64,000 bases of DNA from Octopus bimaculoides (lineage: Eukaryota). The translations under genes and the position numbers were made by a program. The notes beneath the pieces are model-generated. The model had not been told where the DNA came from and made no database searches. It saw nothing but the letters and a program-made list of their open reading frames with translations. This document shows, piece after piece, positions 39,721 to 52,062 of this stretch. Every line of letters begins with the position of its first letter. The stretch's first letter is position 1. The stretch is taken from assembly GCF_001194135.2 (NCBI RefSeq), contig NC_069004.1:27744265-27808264 (forward strand). The letters run 5' to 3'.

Positions 39721-40021
39721 AAATAATCTTGCTTAAGAAATATCTTTAAAATTTTGCATCAGCATTTTGATGTAATACATATACCAAGGGGTATTTGGTG
39801 TTTGTAATCTTTGAGTAACCTCATTTTTCAGCAGTTGTCTATAGTATGGTCATCCATCTATTTAAATAAAGTATAAAGCCAAAACTCAAAAGAAAAGAAA
39901 AAAGAAGTCTGGTAATCCAGGTGTGCAATAATTCTGTAGTAAGCCAAAGAGAGGTACCTTTAGATGGTTGCTTGGTTAGCTAGAAATGACAGCTATGTCT
40001 CCCTCAGATTAAACCTTATTT

Positions 40022-40812
40022 CAGTGGTTCTTGATTTTTTTGACTTTAAGGTGCACTGGAGATCAAATAAAAAGAATCATTAAATGAAATCAAATGAGAA
40101 AAAGTTGACATGCTCAACAAAAAGCTGTTTTAACCCTTTAGCTTTTACGCTTGTCATATCAGGTCCAAACATTCTACCTGTTTTCTGATCAAACTGTCCA
40201 TATCTAGCCTCTCACATCTACTCTGCAAAATTGTTTTCAAAATAAACAATCATCATCATCATCATCATCGTTTAACGTCCGCTTTCCATGCTAGCATGAT
40301 CTTCATCAAAATCATCATCATCATCATTCATCATTTAACGTCTATTGTCCATGCTGGCATGGGTTGGACGGTTTGACTGGGCTGGCACATTGGAAGGCTG
40401 CACCAGACTCAAGTCTAATTTGGCATAATTTTCTATGGCAAGATGCCCTTCCTAATGCCAACCACTCTGAGAGTGTAATGGGTGCTTTTACATGCCACTG
40501 GCATGGGTGCCATTTGTGTGACACCGGGGTGCGTTTACATTCCACTGGCACGGGTGAAGATAATACATAATCATTTCAAAGAAATGTGATTCAATAAGCA
40601 TTACCTATGACAGAGTAATTGAATGTTAAAGAGTTAACATTTAAAATTGAGAGGAGGGGAAGAAAGTTATTTCTTATTTTGCTCTATTAATCATAAATGA
40701 ATCATAAATAGGATATTCTTAAGATGCTGAAACATCAACATTTTCTGAAATCTTAAATTATATTTTTAAATATTTACAGTACACCTTTTGGTGCATAGTT
40801 TGGGAACCACTG
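40022..40812. mobile_element. probable hAT MITE containing a piggyBac MITE (40134-40633), which itself contains SINE-A copies (about 40250-40550)
   Basis: outer ends cagtggttc / gaaccactg (no TSD seen); inner ttaa|ccctttagc...gttaaagag|ttaa; SINE-A bodies inside. Confidence 0.65.
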
Positions 40813-41899
40813 CTGTCATCTTCCTAAGAAAAAAAGGAAGAAGACCAATATATTTAGGACAATATTGTTTTAGGATACATTAGTAGTAAGAAACTCTAAA
40901 GAGAGCTGAAGAGGAGAAGGTCTTCATAGAGGAACCCACCCCCACCAAGCCAGTTTTTCGGCCCTTACACTCTCAGGGGATCAAGCTGCATCTGGGTCAT
41001 GACTCCTGAGAGTTGTTTTTCTGACACTATACTTCAACGACAGATTGGTCATGACTTATGTGACTCATAGCTTTGATTTATTGGGGCTGAAAAGGGGCTG
41101 GATATAAGCAATAACTAATTGTTCAGGGTTTCTTAATGAAATCATATTTTCTATAAATCTTCTGATACATTTTTACATTATTTCTGTCAAGGAAGACCAA
41201 GTCTTGTCTCATCCCTAAACCCTATAGCAAACTTATCCATTTTTATATCCATAGACACTAACTTCAATAAATGATATTTGGCTACAAAATTATAGCTTTT
41301 GGTTAGTCAGTTGTTAATTCAGTTGAAATTTCTATTGTTTTAGTGTTTTGTTTTAGTAATTTGGTAAAGTTTGGCATTTCGATTACAGTCCTCACATAAA
41401 GCACTAAATAACTACCTATATGAGATAGCTAGGCAGCAGATAATAGATTCCAGATAAAACATAATTTTCTGTGTGTTTCATATGAAGCAAATCTATTTTT
41501 GATTAAACTAAACTGTTGCTTTCTCTTTTATAGCATTAATATCAGACAGTCATAAAATTTTTATTGTATCATACATATATCCTTTTCTATTGAAATAACT
41601 TTCAACTTTAGTTAACTTGCTTTTCTAAAATAATCTTATTATACCTTCAAAAAGTCAGAAACAATATATCTTTTAAGATAAAGATTTTTATTTATGTTTG
41701 TGTTCCCTCTCTCCCCCCCTTCTTGTTCTTATGAAATCAGCTGCATGTAGGTGAAACAGTACAAAGGGTTTTCATTTACTCCATGTAGACCATGTGTAAA
41801 AATATGTTTATAAGGCACATGATTAGTTGTGTGGTTAAAGAGTTTATTTCACAAAGATGTGCTTCTGGATTGATACCACTATACCCTCGGTATTATTAA

Positions 41900-42145
41900 A
41901 ACTTCATCAATGGCTGGCATTTGGAACGGCATCCAGCTGTGAAAACCATGCCAAAACTGACTTCACTTGTGTTGGTGGTATGTAAAAGCGTTCAGTTCAT
42001 TCTCCAGGGTGGTTGGTATTAGGATGGGCATCCAGCTGTAAAAACCATGTCAAAACACACATAGAAGCCTGGTGTAGTCTTCTACTTGGCTAGCTCCTGT
42101 TAAACCATCCAATCCATGCTAGCATGGAAGGTGGACATTAAACAA
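41900..42145 (+). mobile_element. SINE-A variant
   Basis: two ggcatccagctgt.aaaaccatg.caaaac units; tail catgctagcatggaaggtggacattaaa. Confidence 0.7.
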
Positions 42146-42830
42146 GGATTTTATATATATATATATATATATAAACTACAGAGAGGGGTGTCAAAATTGT
42201 GATGATATTTGGTTGACAGCTGAAGAAGTGTTAAGCTTGTTTGCATCAATTGTTGATGTTTTTTTTACTTGTTTTTCCTGTTCCTTTGCCATTCCATGTG
42301 CCACATTTGTATCATATATATCTATGGTAACATGTACCATGCTTTCACCAATTGCTTTTGATACCTGTCTAAGTTACAACAAGAAATAGACACCTTCTCA
42401 GTCTTTTACTCACTTAACCTAGTAGAACATGCAGGATGTGACATTTGGAGGTAGAGAAGGCTGAAGATTTTGTTTAGGCCCCAGATTAGCTCTGCTTGAT
42501 CAAACCTGTGATGAAATGCATTCCAGACATGAAAATTCTATCTTTTTACATATTTAAGACCTACTTTCTCCAATATATCATTTATTCAAAATAGTAGGAT
42601 ATGGTTTGTGAGAGACTTAGCCGCTTTTTTTTACTAAGTCAGATAACCATGTAGGAGCCTCCTTGTTAAATACTCAGTCCACCTGACATGCATTAACATC
42701 ACACTACACGGAGGGAAAAGGAGAGGTGGGGGTAGTATTGTTAGGTATCTTTCATCTGCCTGAAAACCATTGTCTTTCAGTATCTCTCTCTCATCCTGTG
42801 ACTCTTACTCTTTCTCTTTCATTCCTTCAG

Positions 42831-42884
42831 GAAAGAGGTTACTGTAAGATCCATTGTCAGATATGAATTACTTATGAGTGCATG
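42831..42884 (+). CDS. hypothetical 54-nt symmetric exon (KEVTVRSIVRYELLMSA)
   Basis: acceptor ctctttctctttcattccttcag, donor ATG|GTAAGT, length a multiple of 3, one open frame; no recognised homology. Confidence 0.25.
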
Positions 42885-43057
42885 GTAAGTGGGGCTGGTA
42901 GCGAGAGGAAGAGCTGAGAATAAATATGATTGAGAGAGAGAGAGAGAGAGAGTGTGTGTGAATGCTGCCAGTGTTTTGGCTGCATCTATAGACATACTTA
43001 CGTTAGCTTCTCTAAAATGAAGGATATAAGGATAACAGTTCTAATATTTTCTGTTCC

Positions 43058-44242
43058 AGTGTTGATTCTATTGTATTTACGCATCTCACCTTCCCCCGAT
43101 ATTTGATTTGTGACCTTCAGCTAAAGTTAGAAATCAATAATTATCAGATCTATGAAAGATCAATGAGTTAGTAAAAAGAGCGATGCACTGTTTGGGTTGC
43201 TGGTCTGAACTCTTCTTTCAATGAAATCCATAACTTTGACATCAAGAGGAGAAAAATATTGACCACTGCGATACTATCCATTTCAATAATGATCTCAAAA
43301 TAAAAAGAGAGAAATAAAGTCTCTTTTAGATTGTCTTTCATATTTTTGCTGACATTTTTCTGAATGACACAAGAACAAATTAGTACATTATACATATGTA
43401 TTGGTCTTGTTAGCAGCTGTTTTATATCCTATATTGGGCGCTTAAGGGGATTCTGATGTGTACATTTGTATTATTGGAACAAATGTTTTTACAGCTGGCT
43501 CTTCTTGTTGATAGCTTAAAGTAGGAGCAGTTATTATGTTTTGCTTTACCAAACAGAACCATTGTGGCATCCCGGCTATATGGTCACTTGACATGCTGGA
43601 AACAGCAGTTAAATCTTCCTCAAATTACACCATGCCACGCCATCCTAATAAAAATAATGGAGTAGGACACATTAGATAATGTAATCTTAGATGAAAAAAA
43701 AGTAGACTTGTCAAGGCTGCAATGCCCTTGAAGTAGCCTTGCTCTGGTCCTGGGAAGTATGTCTCTTAACTACACAACCAGTATGCCACATTCTATCATC
43801 CCCTGCCATCATCATTTTTCCATCTTGTTTTGGATTGGTTGGTTGGAAGACAATAAATTTCAGTCTTGATACCCAATGAGGCCCTGCATTCTCACATCTT
43901 ATGTTCGTATTTCTTCTCAGATATTCTTTGATCAGTTTCTTCCTCAAGTAGTTTCTACTGTTAATTACCAAGTCTTCAGGCATTTGTAACCCAGTGTATT
44001 TATTTATTGGTGTTATGCATTCAACACCCAATGCTGCAGCATATGATTCTGTAGATTAAAGTGCAAAAAAAAAAAAATTTTTTTTTTTTTTTTGCTCTGT
44101 GGTTCTTCTACATTATTGTTTTTGCTAACTCATTGTTCTTTTATAGATCTAATAATTATTGATTTCTAACTTTAGCTGAAGGTCACAAATCAAATGTAGG
44201 GGATGGTGAGGTGAACAAATACAATACAATACAATCAACACT
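43058..44242. repeat. inverted repeat pair, arms 43058-43177 and 44119-44242
   Basis: 44-bp identical core atttgatttgtgaccttcagctaaagttagaaatcaataattat with homologous flanks; 941-bp spacer. Confidence 0.9.
43711..44048 (-). CDS. unidentified exon-like ORF (111 codons)
   Basis: acceptor T13-gcactttaatctacag, then open frame SYAAALGVECITPINKYTGLQMPEDLVINSRNYLRKKLIKEYLRRNTNIRCENAGPHWVSRLKFIVFQP...; non-repetitive composition; could be a gene exon, pseudogene or TE fragment. Confidence 0.4.
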
Positions 44243-44685
44243 AGCAAAATACTGTTGCTTTTTTTTAATTGATCTTTGAAGGATGAAAAGGGGATGTTGA
44301 CTCTGGTGGGATTTGAAATCAGAAAGGAAGGGATGTAACTACTGTAAGGTGTTTAAGGTTTAAAGTCCATCGCTCTTATATACACCCATCCAATATATAT
44401 GTTTAAGTGTGTGTGTGTATACAAACACATGCATCTAGGAAATAAGACACTGGTATTTCTACATTCCATCTGATGATGTGGTGCACGCACGCACACACAT
44501 ACACACACACACACACACGCACACATGTATGAGAAACAACTTTTCTCAATTTAAAATTCTTTCAGCTTGTGTATTAAAACAAATTATATAGTTGAAAAAT
44601 ATATTTATATCTGGCAGCTATTTTCAAATGAAAGTTGTCAAGGAGGAAATTTGGCAATTTTGGGTTGCTGGAGACTGCAAGAGAC

Positions 44686-44719
<34 letters not shown>

Positions 44720-45349
44720 ATAGTAGTAGGTGCACTACATAACAAATATATATGTGTGGGCATACATATGAGAGAGACAGGAAGAAAATAAAGACACTGT
44801 GGTACACATGTGAGTTTTTATCATTAAAGTTTGTTTGCTGGAAATCACTATTAAACTACATAATGCCTGCGTGAGTTTTCTGAATTTGAAAAGTCAGCAC
44901 CAAGCAGGCCTGGGATTGATGTTTCAGACTCACAAGTAGGAAGTGCGACAGGGACAGGGCGTGTATTCTCTGTGTTTAATTTCCTGACATCTAGACAAAG
45001 GTGATAATTGCATTAGGTTTGCAAAGTTAAAATGTTTGTTCTTGCTGCATGATTCCTCCGCTTTTGACCAGCTTGCTTCTGTGTTGTTTCATATAGCAAT
45101 GCCTTAAGATGTTACCACTACTTCCAGTGCACACACAGGCACATATGCACATGCTCTTGCACCTCACTTCGTGCATGTATATGTGATGTGTCCAAGTGCT
45201 CTCTGTTTTTCCCCTCTCTTTGACCTCTTGACCTTTTGAATTTCAGGCATTTTTTTTTTAATGTTTTTGTTTCACTCGCTTTTGGTTCCTTGCCTTATTT
45301 CTTTCTCTTTCTCTCCTCCCTAAACCTCTTTCTCAATGACTTCATGTTC

Positions 45350-45528
45350 TTACTACTTTCACCACCACCACCACCACCACCATCATTACTACTACTACAA
45401 CCATTGCTGTCACTACTACCATAAACTGCAACAAAAACCACCACCATTGCCACTACGACCACCACCACCATTGCCACTACTACTACCACCACCATTGCCA
45501 CTACTACTACCACCACCATTGTTATTGT

Positions 45529-45564
<36 letters not shown>

Positions 45565-45642
45565 CATTGCTGTAACTACTACCATAAACAGCAACAACAA
45601 CAACCACCAGTACTCCTACTACCACCACCACCACTACTACTA
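45350..45642. repeat. compound triplet microsatellite (CAC/TAC/CAT/CAA)
   Basis: direct reading. Confidence 0.95.
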
Positions 45643-45983
45643 CATGTGCATCTTTCTCTAAATTTCTTTCTCATTCCTTCTCTCTGCATGTTTTTTTTTT
45701 GTACCCTTTATTCATTTTCTTTCTCCCAAACTGGCATTCATTCTCTTAATTGCTTTTAAAATCTTTTTCCAACCATTCTCCCCTTAATCTTTTATTCTTG
45801 GTATTCTTCTTCCCTTTCATCCCCCCCCCCTCTCTCTCTCTCTCAGACTAGTATTGAATGATAACTCAAGAGTGAAGTTCGTTCAATCCTTCAATCCTGG
45901 AGCCCATAATTTTTTTTCCTAAGTCAACAGTTTATTTTAAACTTTCTTTTCTTTCTTTATAGCCTCTAATCATTTTCACTATT

Positions 45984-46347
45984 NNNNNNNNNNNNNNNNN
46001 NNNNNNNNNNNNNNNNNNNNNNNNNNNNNNNNNNNNNNNNNNNNNNNNNNNNNNNNNNNNNNNNNNNNNNNNNNNNNNNNNNNNNNNNNNNNNNNNNNNN
46101 NNNNNNNNNNNNNNNNNNNNNNNNNNNNNNNNNNNNNNNNNNNNNNNNNNNNNNNNNNNNNNNNNNNNNNNNNNNNNNNNNNNNNNNNNNNNNNNNNNNN
46201 NNNNNNNNNNNNNNNNNNNNNNNNNNNNNNNNNNNNNNNNNNNNNNNNNNNNNNNNNNNNNNNNNNNNNNNNNNNNNNNNNNNNNNNNNNNNNNNNNNNN
46301 NNNNNNNNNNNNNNNNNNNNNNNNNNNNNNNNNNNNNNNNNNNNNNN
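45984..46347. other. assembly gap (364 N)
   Basis: run of N. Confidence 1.
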
Positions 46348-46440
46348 AGTTAGCATATTTTGAGATTTTGCCACATGGCATTGTTACATGGTTAAAGATG
46401 TTGCCTTAACAACCATCTAGTTCTGGGTTTGAATTTCTTA

Positions 46441-46655
46441 TTTCTTTACTGCCCACAAGGGGCTACACACAGAGGGGACAAACTAGGACAGGCAAACGGA
46501 TTAAGTCGATTATATCGACCCCAGTGCGTAACTGGTACTTATTTACTCGACCCCGAAAGGATGAAAGGCAAAGTCGACCTCGGCGGAATTTGAACTCGGA
46601 ACATAGCGGCAGACAAAATATAGCTAAGCATTTCGCCTGGCGTGCTAACGTTTCT
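46441..46655 (-). mobile_element. SINE-C subfamily with a different 3' tail, young
   Basis: gagttcaaattccgccgaggtcgactttgcctttcatcctttcggggtcgagtaaataagtaccag with CpGs intact; tail ...gtgtagccccttgtgggcag. Confidence 0.85.
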
Positions 46656-46929
46656 GCCAGCTTGCTGTCTTAGGTTTGTAGGTTTGAATTTCTGTCCCAC
46701 TACCTGGCACCTAGGATGTGTTTTCTCTTCATTGTTACCTCAGGTTGACTTGTACCTTGTGCATAGAATTTGTTTTATGGAAATGGTGCTGAAGCCTGTC
46801 GGGTGTGTGTGTCCAAGGCTATAGAAAATCAGTGAAGTACGCAAAATGCGTTAACATAGCCATCAGTTAGTACCAGACTGAAGTGATCGACTAAACTGGC
46901 CATACCCAAGACGACCAATCCTGCTGATG

Positions 46930-47220
46930 CTGTGAGGCACTCATGGTAGAGCCATGCAAAAGCACCCATGTGGCATCATGTAAAAGCACTTGTGCAGTGC
47001 CATGTAAAAGTGCCCGTGTGATGCCACGTAAAAGTGCCCGTGTGATGCCACGTAAAATCACCCAGAACACTCTGTAAAGTGGTCGGTGTATGGAATGGCA
47101 TCCAACCATAGAATCTGTGTCATATCAGACTGGAGTCTGGTGCAGCTCCCCAGCTGCCAGCTCTGGTCGAACTGTCCAACCCATTCCCAGCATGGACAAT
47201 GGATGTTAAATGATGATGAT
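46930..47220 (+). mobile_element. SINE-A variant with ~24-bp internal tandem subrepeats
   Basis: repeated gtgatgccacgtaaaagtgcccgt; tail cagcatggacaatggatgttaaatgatgatg. Confidence 0.75.
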
Positions 47221-47480
47221 AATTGAAAGTGGTACCCCATCGTATTTGGACACCGTTGACTGAAACCAGTAAAATTCTATTTGTTTGTTTGGTTTTTTTT
47301 TAATAATTTCTATTGTTTGGTTCAGTTCAAAGGAGTTTTATAGACATCTTCCAGCTCGGAGTTGTAGCTGTGTGGTAAGAAGTTTGCTTCCCAACCACAT
47401 GTTTCCGGATTCGGCTCCACTGTTTGGCATCTTGAGCAACTGGCTTCTATAGCCCTAGGACAACCAAAGCCTTGCGTGTA

Positions 47481-47651
47481 AGGAGTAGTTGTGTGGTAAG
47501 TAGCTTGCTTGCAGACCACATGGTTCCGGGTTCAGTCCCACTGCATCGCACCTTGAGCAAGTGTCTTCTACTATAGCCTCGGGCCGACCAAAGCCTTGTG
47601 AGTGGATTTGGTNNNNNNNNNNTGGTAGATGGAAACTGAGAGAAGCCCGTC

Positions 47652-47691
<40 letters not shown>

Positions 47692-47692
47692 A

Positions 47693-47725
<33 letters not shown>

Positions 47726-47935
47726 ACATGTGTGTGTCCCAACATCGCTTGATAACCGATGCTGGTGTGTTTACATCCCCATAACTTAGCAGTTCGGCAA
47801 AAAGAGACCGATAGAATAAGTACTAGGCATACAAAGAATAAGTCCTGGGGTCGATTTGCTCGACTAAAGGCGGTGCTCCAGCATGGCCGCAGTCAAATGA
47901 CTGAAACAAGTAAAAGAGTAAGAGTAAAGAGTAAA
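47481..47935 (+). mobile_element. SINE-B, full length (10-N gap at 47613-47622)
   Basis: reverse complement of the 12795-13208 structure. Confidence 0.9.
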
Positions 47936-47981
47936 AACCAAAAGAAGCCCATCGAATATATATAGATGTGTGTGTATGTAT

Positions 47982-48280
47982 GAAGGCACATGGCTTAGTG
48001 GTTAGGGTATTTGGCTCCTGATTTTAAGGTCATGAGTTCGGTTCCTGGCAGAGCAAGACACTTTATTTCACATTGCTCCTGTTCACTCAGCTGGCAAAAA
48101 TGAGTTGTATGTGTAATTCAAAGGGCCAGCCTTGTTACATTGTGCCATGCTAAAATTTCCTTAGAACTATGTTAACGGCATGGTACACAGGTCTGTGGAG
48201 TGCTCAGCCACTTGCATGTTAATTTTTTAAGCAGGCCGTTCCGTTGATTGAACCAAGTGGATATTGTAACCGAGGCCAGG
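47982..48280 (+). mobile_element. chimeric SINE: D-type head with E-type tail
   Basis: gaaggcacatggcttagtggttag...gagcaagacactt head; gtctgtggagtgctcagccacttgc tail shared with 11168 and 54971. Confidence 0.75.
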
Positions 48281-48317
48281 TGTGTGTGTGTGTACGTTTT
48301 ATGTATGTGTGTATGTT

Positions 48318-48353
<36 letters not shown>

Positions 48354-48695
48354 CACACACACACACACATGCATCTAGCTGTAGAAAATCTACATCAGCA
48401 AATTCCATCTGACCCATGCAAGCATGGAAAAATGGATGTTAAACAATAATGATACCAGATCACACACATACAAGCACATTCATATCCATGTCCTGCCTGC
48501 CTGTCTGTCTGTCTGTCTCTCTCTGTCTGTCTGTCTGTCTTCCTCTCTCTCTCTCTCCCTCTCTCTCTATATATATGTGTGTGTTAGAGACAGTAATTTT
48601 TACTTAATTGTTTTATTAAATTCACAACTTCATTCAGACTACGAAGCAGTTTCCTTCAGCTATGGACTCTTGTATCAGTTAAGGAAGTTTATCGT

Positions 48696-48772
48696 AGAGA
48701 ATCTTAAGTTTTTAGCTATATCTGTAGAATTTATCTCAGAGAATCTTGAGCTTTTGACTATATCTGTAGAAT
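48696..48772. repeat. tandem duplication, 42-bp period
   Basis: agagaatctt.ag.tttt..ctatatctgtagaat at 48696 and 48738. Confidence 0.8.
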
Positions 48773-49954
48773 CTTCAGGAATGTGAAGCATTCAGGTTCT
48801 TTTATTGACAGTGGTTCATGCTTTGAAAGATGATGGGAAAATGGAGTAAACTCTCTTAAACAATTATTAGCATGTCAGTATAACATTTATGTTATATAAA
48901 GCTTTGCCAGCTTCACACAATTTACATGCTTTCTATATCATGTGATGTCCAGGTGATCGGTGCTGTTTAACATGATTACCAAGGTGCTTGGCTATTCAAT
49001 TGAATAAGGACTCCAGAGGGAGCTGTTGTGACTATGACTTTGTTTGGATAACCACTTCAGAGTGGACCTACCTTTATTAGACTCGAACAAGTACATTAGA
49101 GAATGTATTGCAGTCGCTGCAAGCAGAGTGTCAAAAGTTAATTGATTGAAAGATGACAGAAAGGTTTTGAGATACTAGAGCAGTTAATGGGAAACGCCAG
49201 ATAAGAGTAGTCATCACAGAGGCCTATTACACTTCATTGTTAAAGTGTTGTTGGAATCACTGTAGGATCTTATTGGAACTAAATACTTGTGAATTGAATA
49301 TTCTCACACTTAATTATTTTTGAAAAAAAAGTAAAAGAATCCTTAATGGACGTGTTTCTATCGTCTTTGTGAGACAAATACAATAACAGAATCCTTGTAT
49401 TGTTTGTTATTTAAAATCATGCACTGGATGATAGGGGAAATATCTTTGAAGATCAAATTGTATAATTTGCTAGAAATAAGGATAAAGACACTTTCCTTTC
49501 AATTTTGCTTCCATATTCTCCTAATTAAGGCTTCAAGGAAACAAAGAAATAATCCAATCAAAATTGAATTAGGCAACAATGAAAATGCGACAAAAGCCTT
49601 GAAGAGCATCTCTAAGAGCAAAATATATTCTCACTCATTCTCCCAATCACTAAAGGAGTGGTCAAGAGAAAGAATACACATGTTGTTGCTGTTATGTTAA
49701 ACTGTTGTATGTCCAAATTTGGCCAAATGCATTTTTTTTTTTTCAATATTTATTTTTGCTTGCAATAGCTGGTTCTTTTGGTCAAACTATCGTATTTCCA
49801 GCTGCTTCAGATGCCAAGATATCCAAACTTGTCAAAGTGTAATAGAACGGTTTTGCAATGGAATGGTGAAATTATATTTTTCATTTTCAGAAAAAAAGCA
49901 ACGTTTTGGACTTACAACACTTTTGCATAATAGCAACAATGTATAGTTTCTTAA

Positions 49955-50174
49955 CCCCTTAGCATTTAAGCTGGTCATATCTGGCCCAAATATTTTATCT
50001 GTTCAATGTTCAAACCAGCCGGATCCAGTCACTCACACATACCCTACAATGTCATTCTAAAAATAAACAATCGCATCATTGAAATCTCAAAGCTACAAGA
50101 TAATGCATGATTAATTTGAAACCATGTGAATAAATAAGCATTACATTTGACAGAATATTCTGAATGCTAAAGGG
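49955..50174. mobile_element. piggyBac-type MITE
   Basis: TTAA|ccccttagc...gctaaaggg|TTAA. Confidence 0.88.
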
Positions 50175-51141
50175 TTAAATATTTAAAACTAGTAGGTTTT
50201 TATGGAAAATCCACTGGTATTAAATGTTCAATTTTATAACTATTGATTTGCAGTTAGCTCTGTTTAAAGGGATTAATTAAATAAAGTACATGATGAGCAC
50301 ACAAACATTTATATCATAACCATCTCTAACTAGATGTGATGAGAGCTATTTTTTTGTTTTTTTTTACTTGTGTTTGTGCGTTTGCGTTATGAAACTACAT
50401 ACAGTTTATACACGGACAATTAAACTTATAGTGTTCGGCTGTCAGTGTTGTAACAAAATACAGAGATAATAGTGAAAGTATCATTGCACCTAATTGCTTT
50501 TGAGGTGCATATCAGGACGTTAAAGAGAATTTTATTAGATGGGCTACTTTAGGTGAAAGCAGAAAGGGAAAAAGAGAAATATAATCAAAAACTCTAATTC
50601 AGTCACAAAAGGAGCTCATATTTCTAGCTTCAGTTTTTTTTAAAATTTTATTTTTTTTATTCTTTGTTAGATTCTTATAAAAGAACCTAATGTTAGGTAT
50701 AGCCATGGCTGTGTGATTGAGAAGTTTGCTCTCCAACTTTGTGATCTCAGGTTCAGTCCCACTGTGCAGCACCGTGGGCAGGTGTCTTCTATTACAGCCC
50801 TGGGCTCACCAAAGCCTTGTGAGCAGATTTAGATGAAAATTAAAACAAGACTGTCATGTGGGTGTGCATGTGTGTGTTTACATCTGTGACTGCTTGTATG
50901 AAATGGGTGTCAGTGTTGTCAGATTTTTACTGCCAGCACATTGTCTGGTCACTTTCGTACCTTTGAGGCTGTATGGAGTAAGTAATCCCTTATTTGAAAA
51001 ACAAGTAAGGGTTAATACCAGGCAAAGCATCCAGCTGTAAAACAATGTCTTAAATACCATATTCATTCAACTCTTGCAAGAAGAAGAATGATGCTGGCGC
51101 AATATCAATGAAAAATATTGCTTGAATATAATAAACATGAT

Positions 51142-51570
51142 AGGTACAGGCATGGCTGTGTGGTTAAGAATCTTTGCTTCCCAGTCATGTGGTTTTGGGT
51201 TCCATCCCACTGCATGGCACATTTTGGTTCAAGTATCATCTACTATAGCCACAGGCTCCTACCAAAGTCTTATGAGTGGAGTGAATTTGGTAAATGGGAA
51301 ACTATGCGGAAGCTTGTTGTGTGTGTATGTGTACACATGTATGTATCTTTGTTTAGACATCACATGATGGTTATAAATGAACATCATCTTCATACAAGTT
51401 GTTGCTTCACAGTCTTCCATGAAAACCATGCCTGGCCTGGGGAATATATTACCTTGAATGGAAACAGGTAAGGGTTGGCAGCAAGAAGTGCATCCAGCTG
51501 TAGAAAATATCTCAACAAATTTCACCTAACTTAAGCAAGCTTGGAAAAGAGGGCATTTAATGATGAGGAT
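51142..51570 (+). mobile_element. chimeric SINE (B head, A tail)
   Basis: ggcatggctgtgtggttaagaa head; gcatccagctgtagaaaat tail. Confidence 0.75.
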
Positions 51571-51734
51571 GTTGATGGTAATGATAATTAAAATTGGTAA
51601 AATAGCTGGCACATTCTCTCATTATTATTGTTGTTATTTTACATCTATTTTTAATGCTGGTATGGATTAGAGAGGTTGTCATGGTCTGAGTCAGCTCATA
51701 TTTGGAGTTAGTGTTATCCTTAAGAGATCTAACA

Positions 51735-52062
51735 AGCACTCTGTTGATTACGAGAACAAGTGTTCCACTTGATTCGATCAGTGGAACAGCCTGCTCATGA
51801 AATTAATTTGCAAGTGGCTGAGTACTCCACAGCCACATGTGCCCTTAATATAGCTCTCAAGGAGATTCAGCATGACACAGAATGTGACAACACTGGCCCT
51901 TTCAATTACAAGTACAACTCATTTTCATCAGCTAGGTGGACTGGGGTAACGTGAAATAAAGTGTCTTACCCAAGAATACAATGCATTGCTGGAAACCAAA
52001 CTCATGACTTTAAAATTGTGAGCTGAATATCCAAACCAACCACTAAGTTATGTGCCTTCACC
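51735..52062 (-). mobile_element. chimeric SINE (D head, E tail)
   Basis: reverse homologue of 47982-48280. Confidence 0.7.

Noticed and set aside
45236-45634. Poly-V/H/P/S ORFs
   Set aside because: They are translations of a triplet microsatellite.
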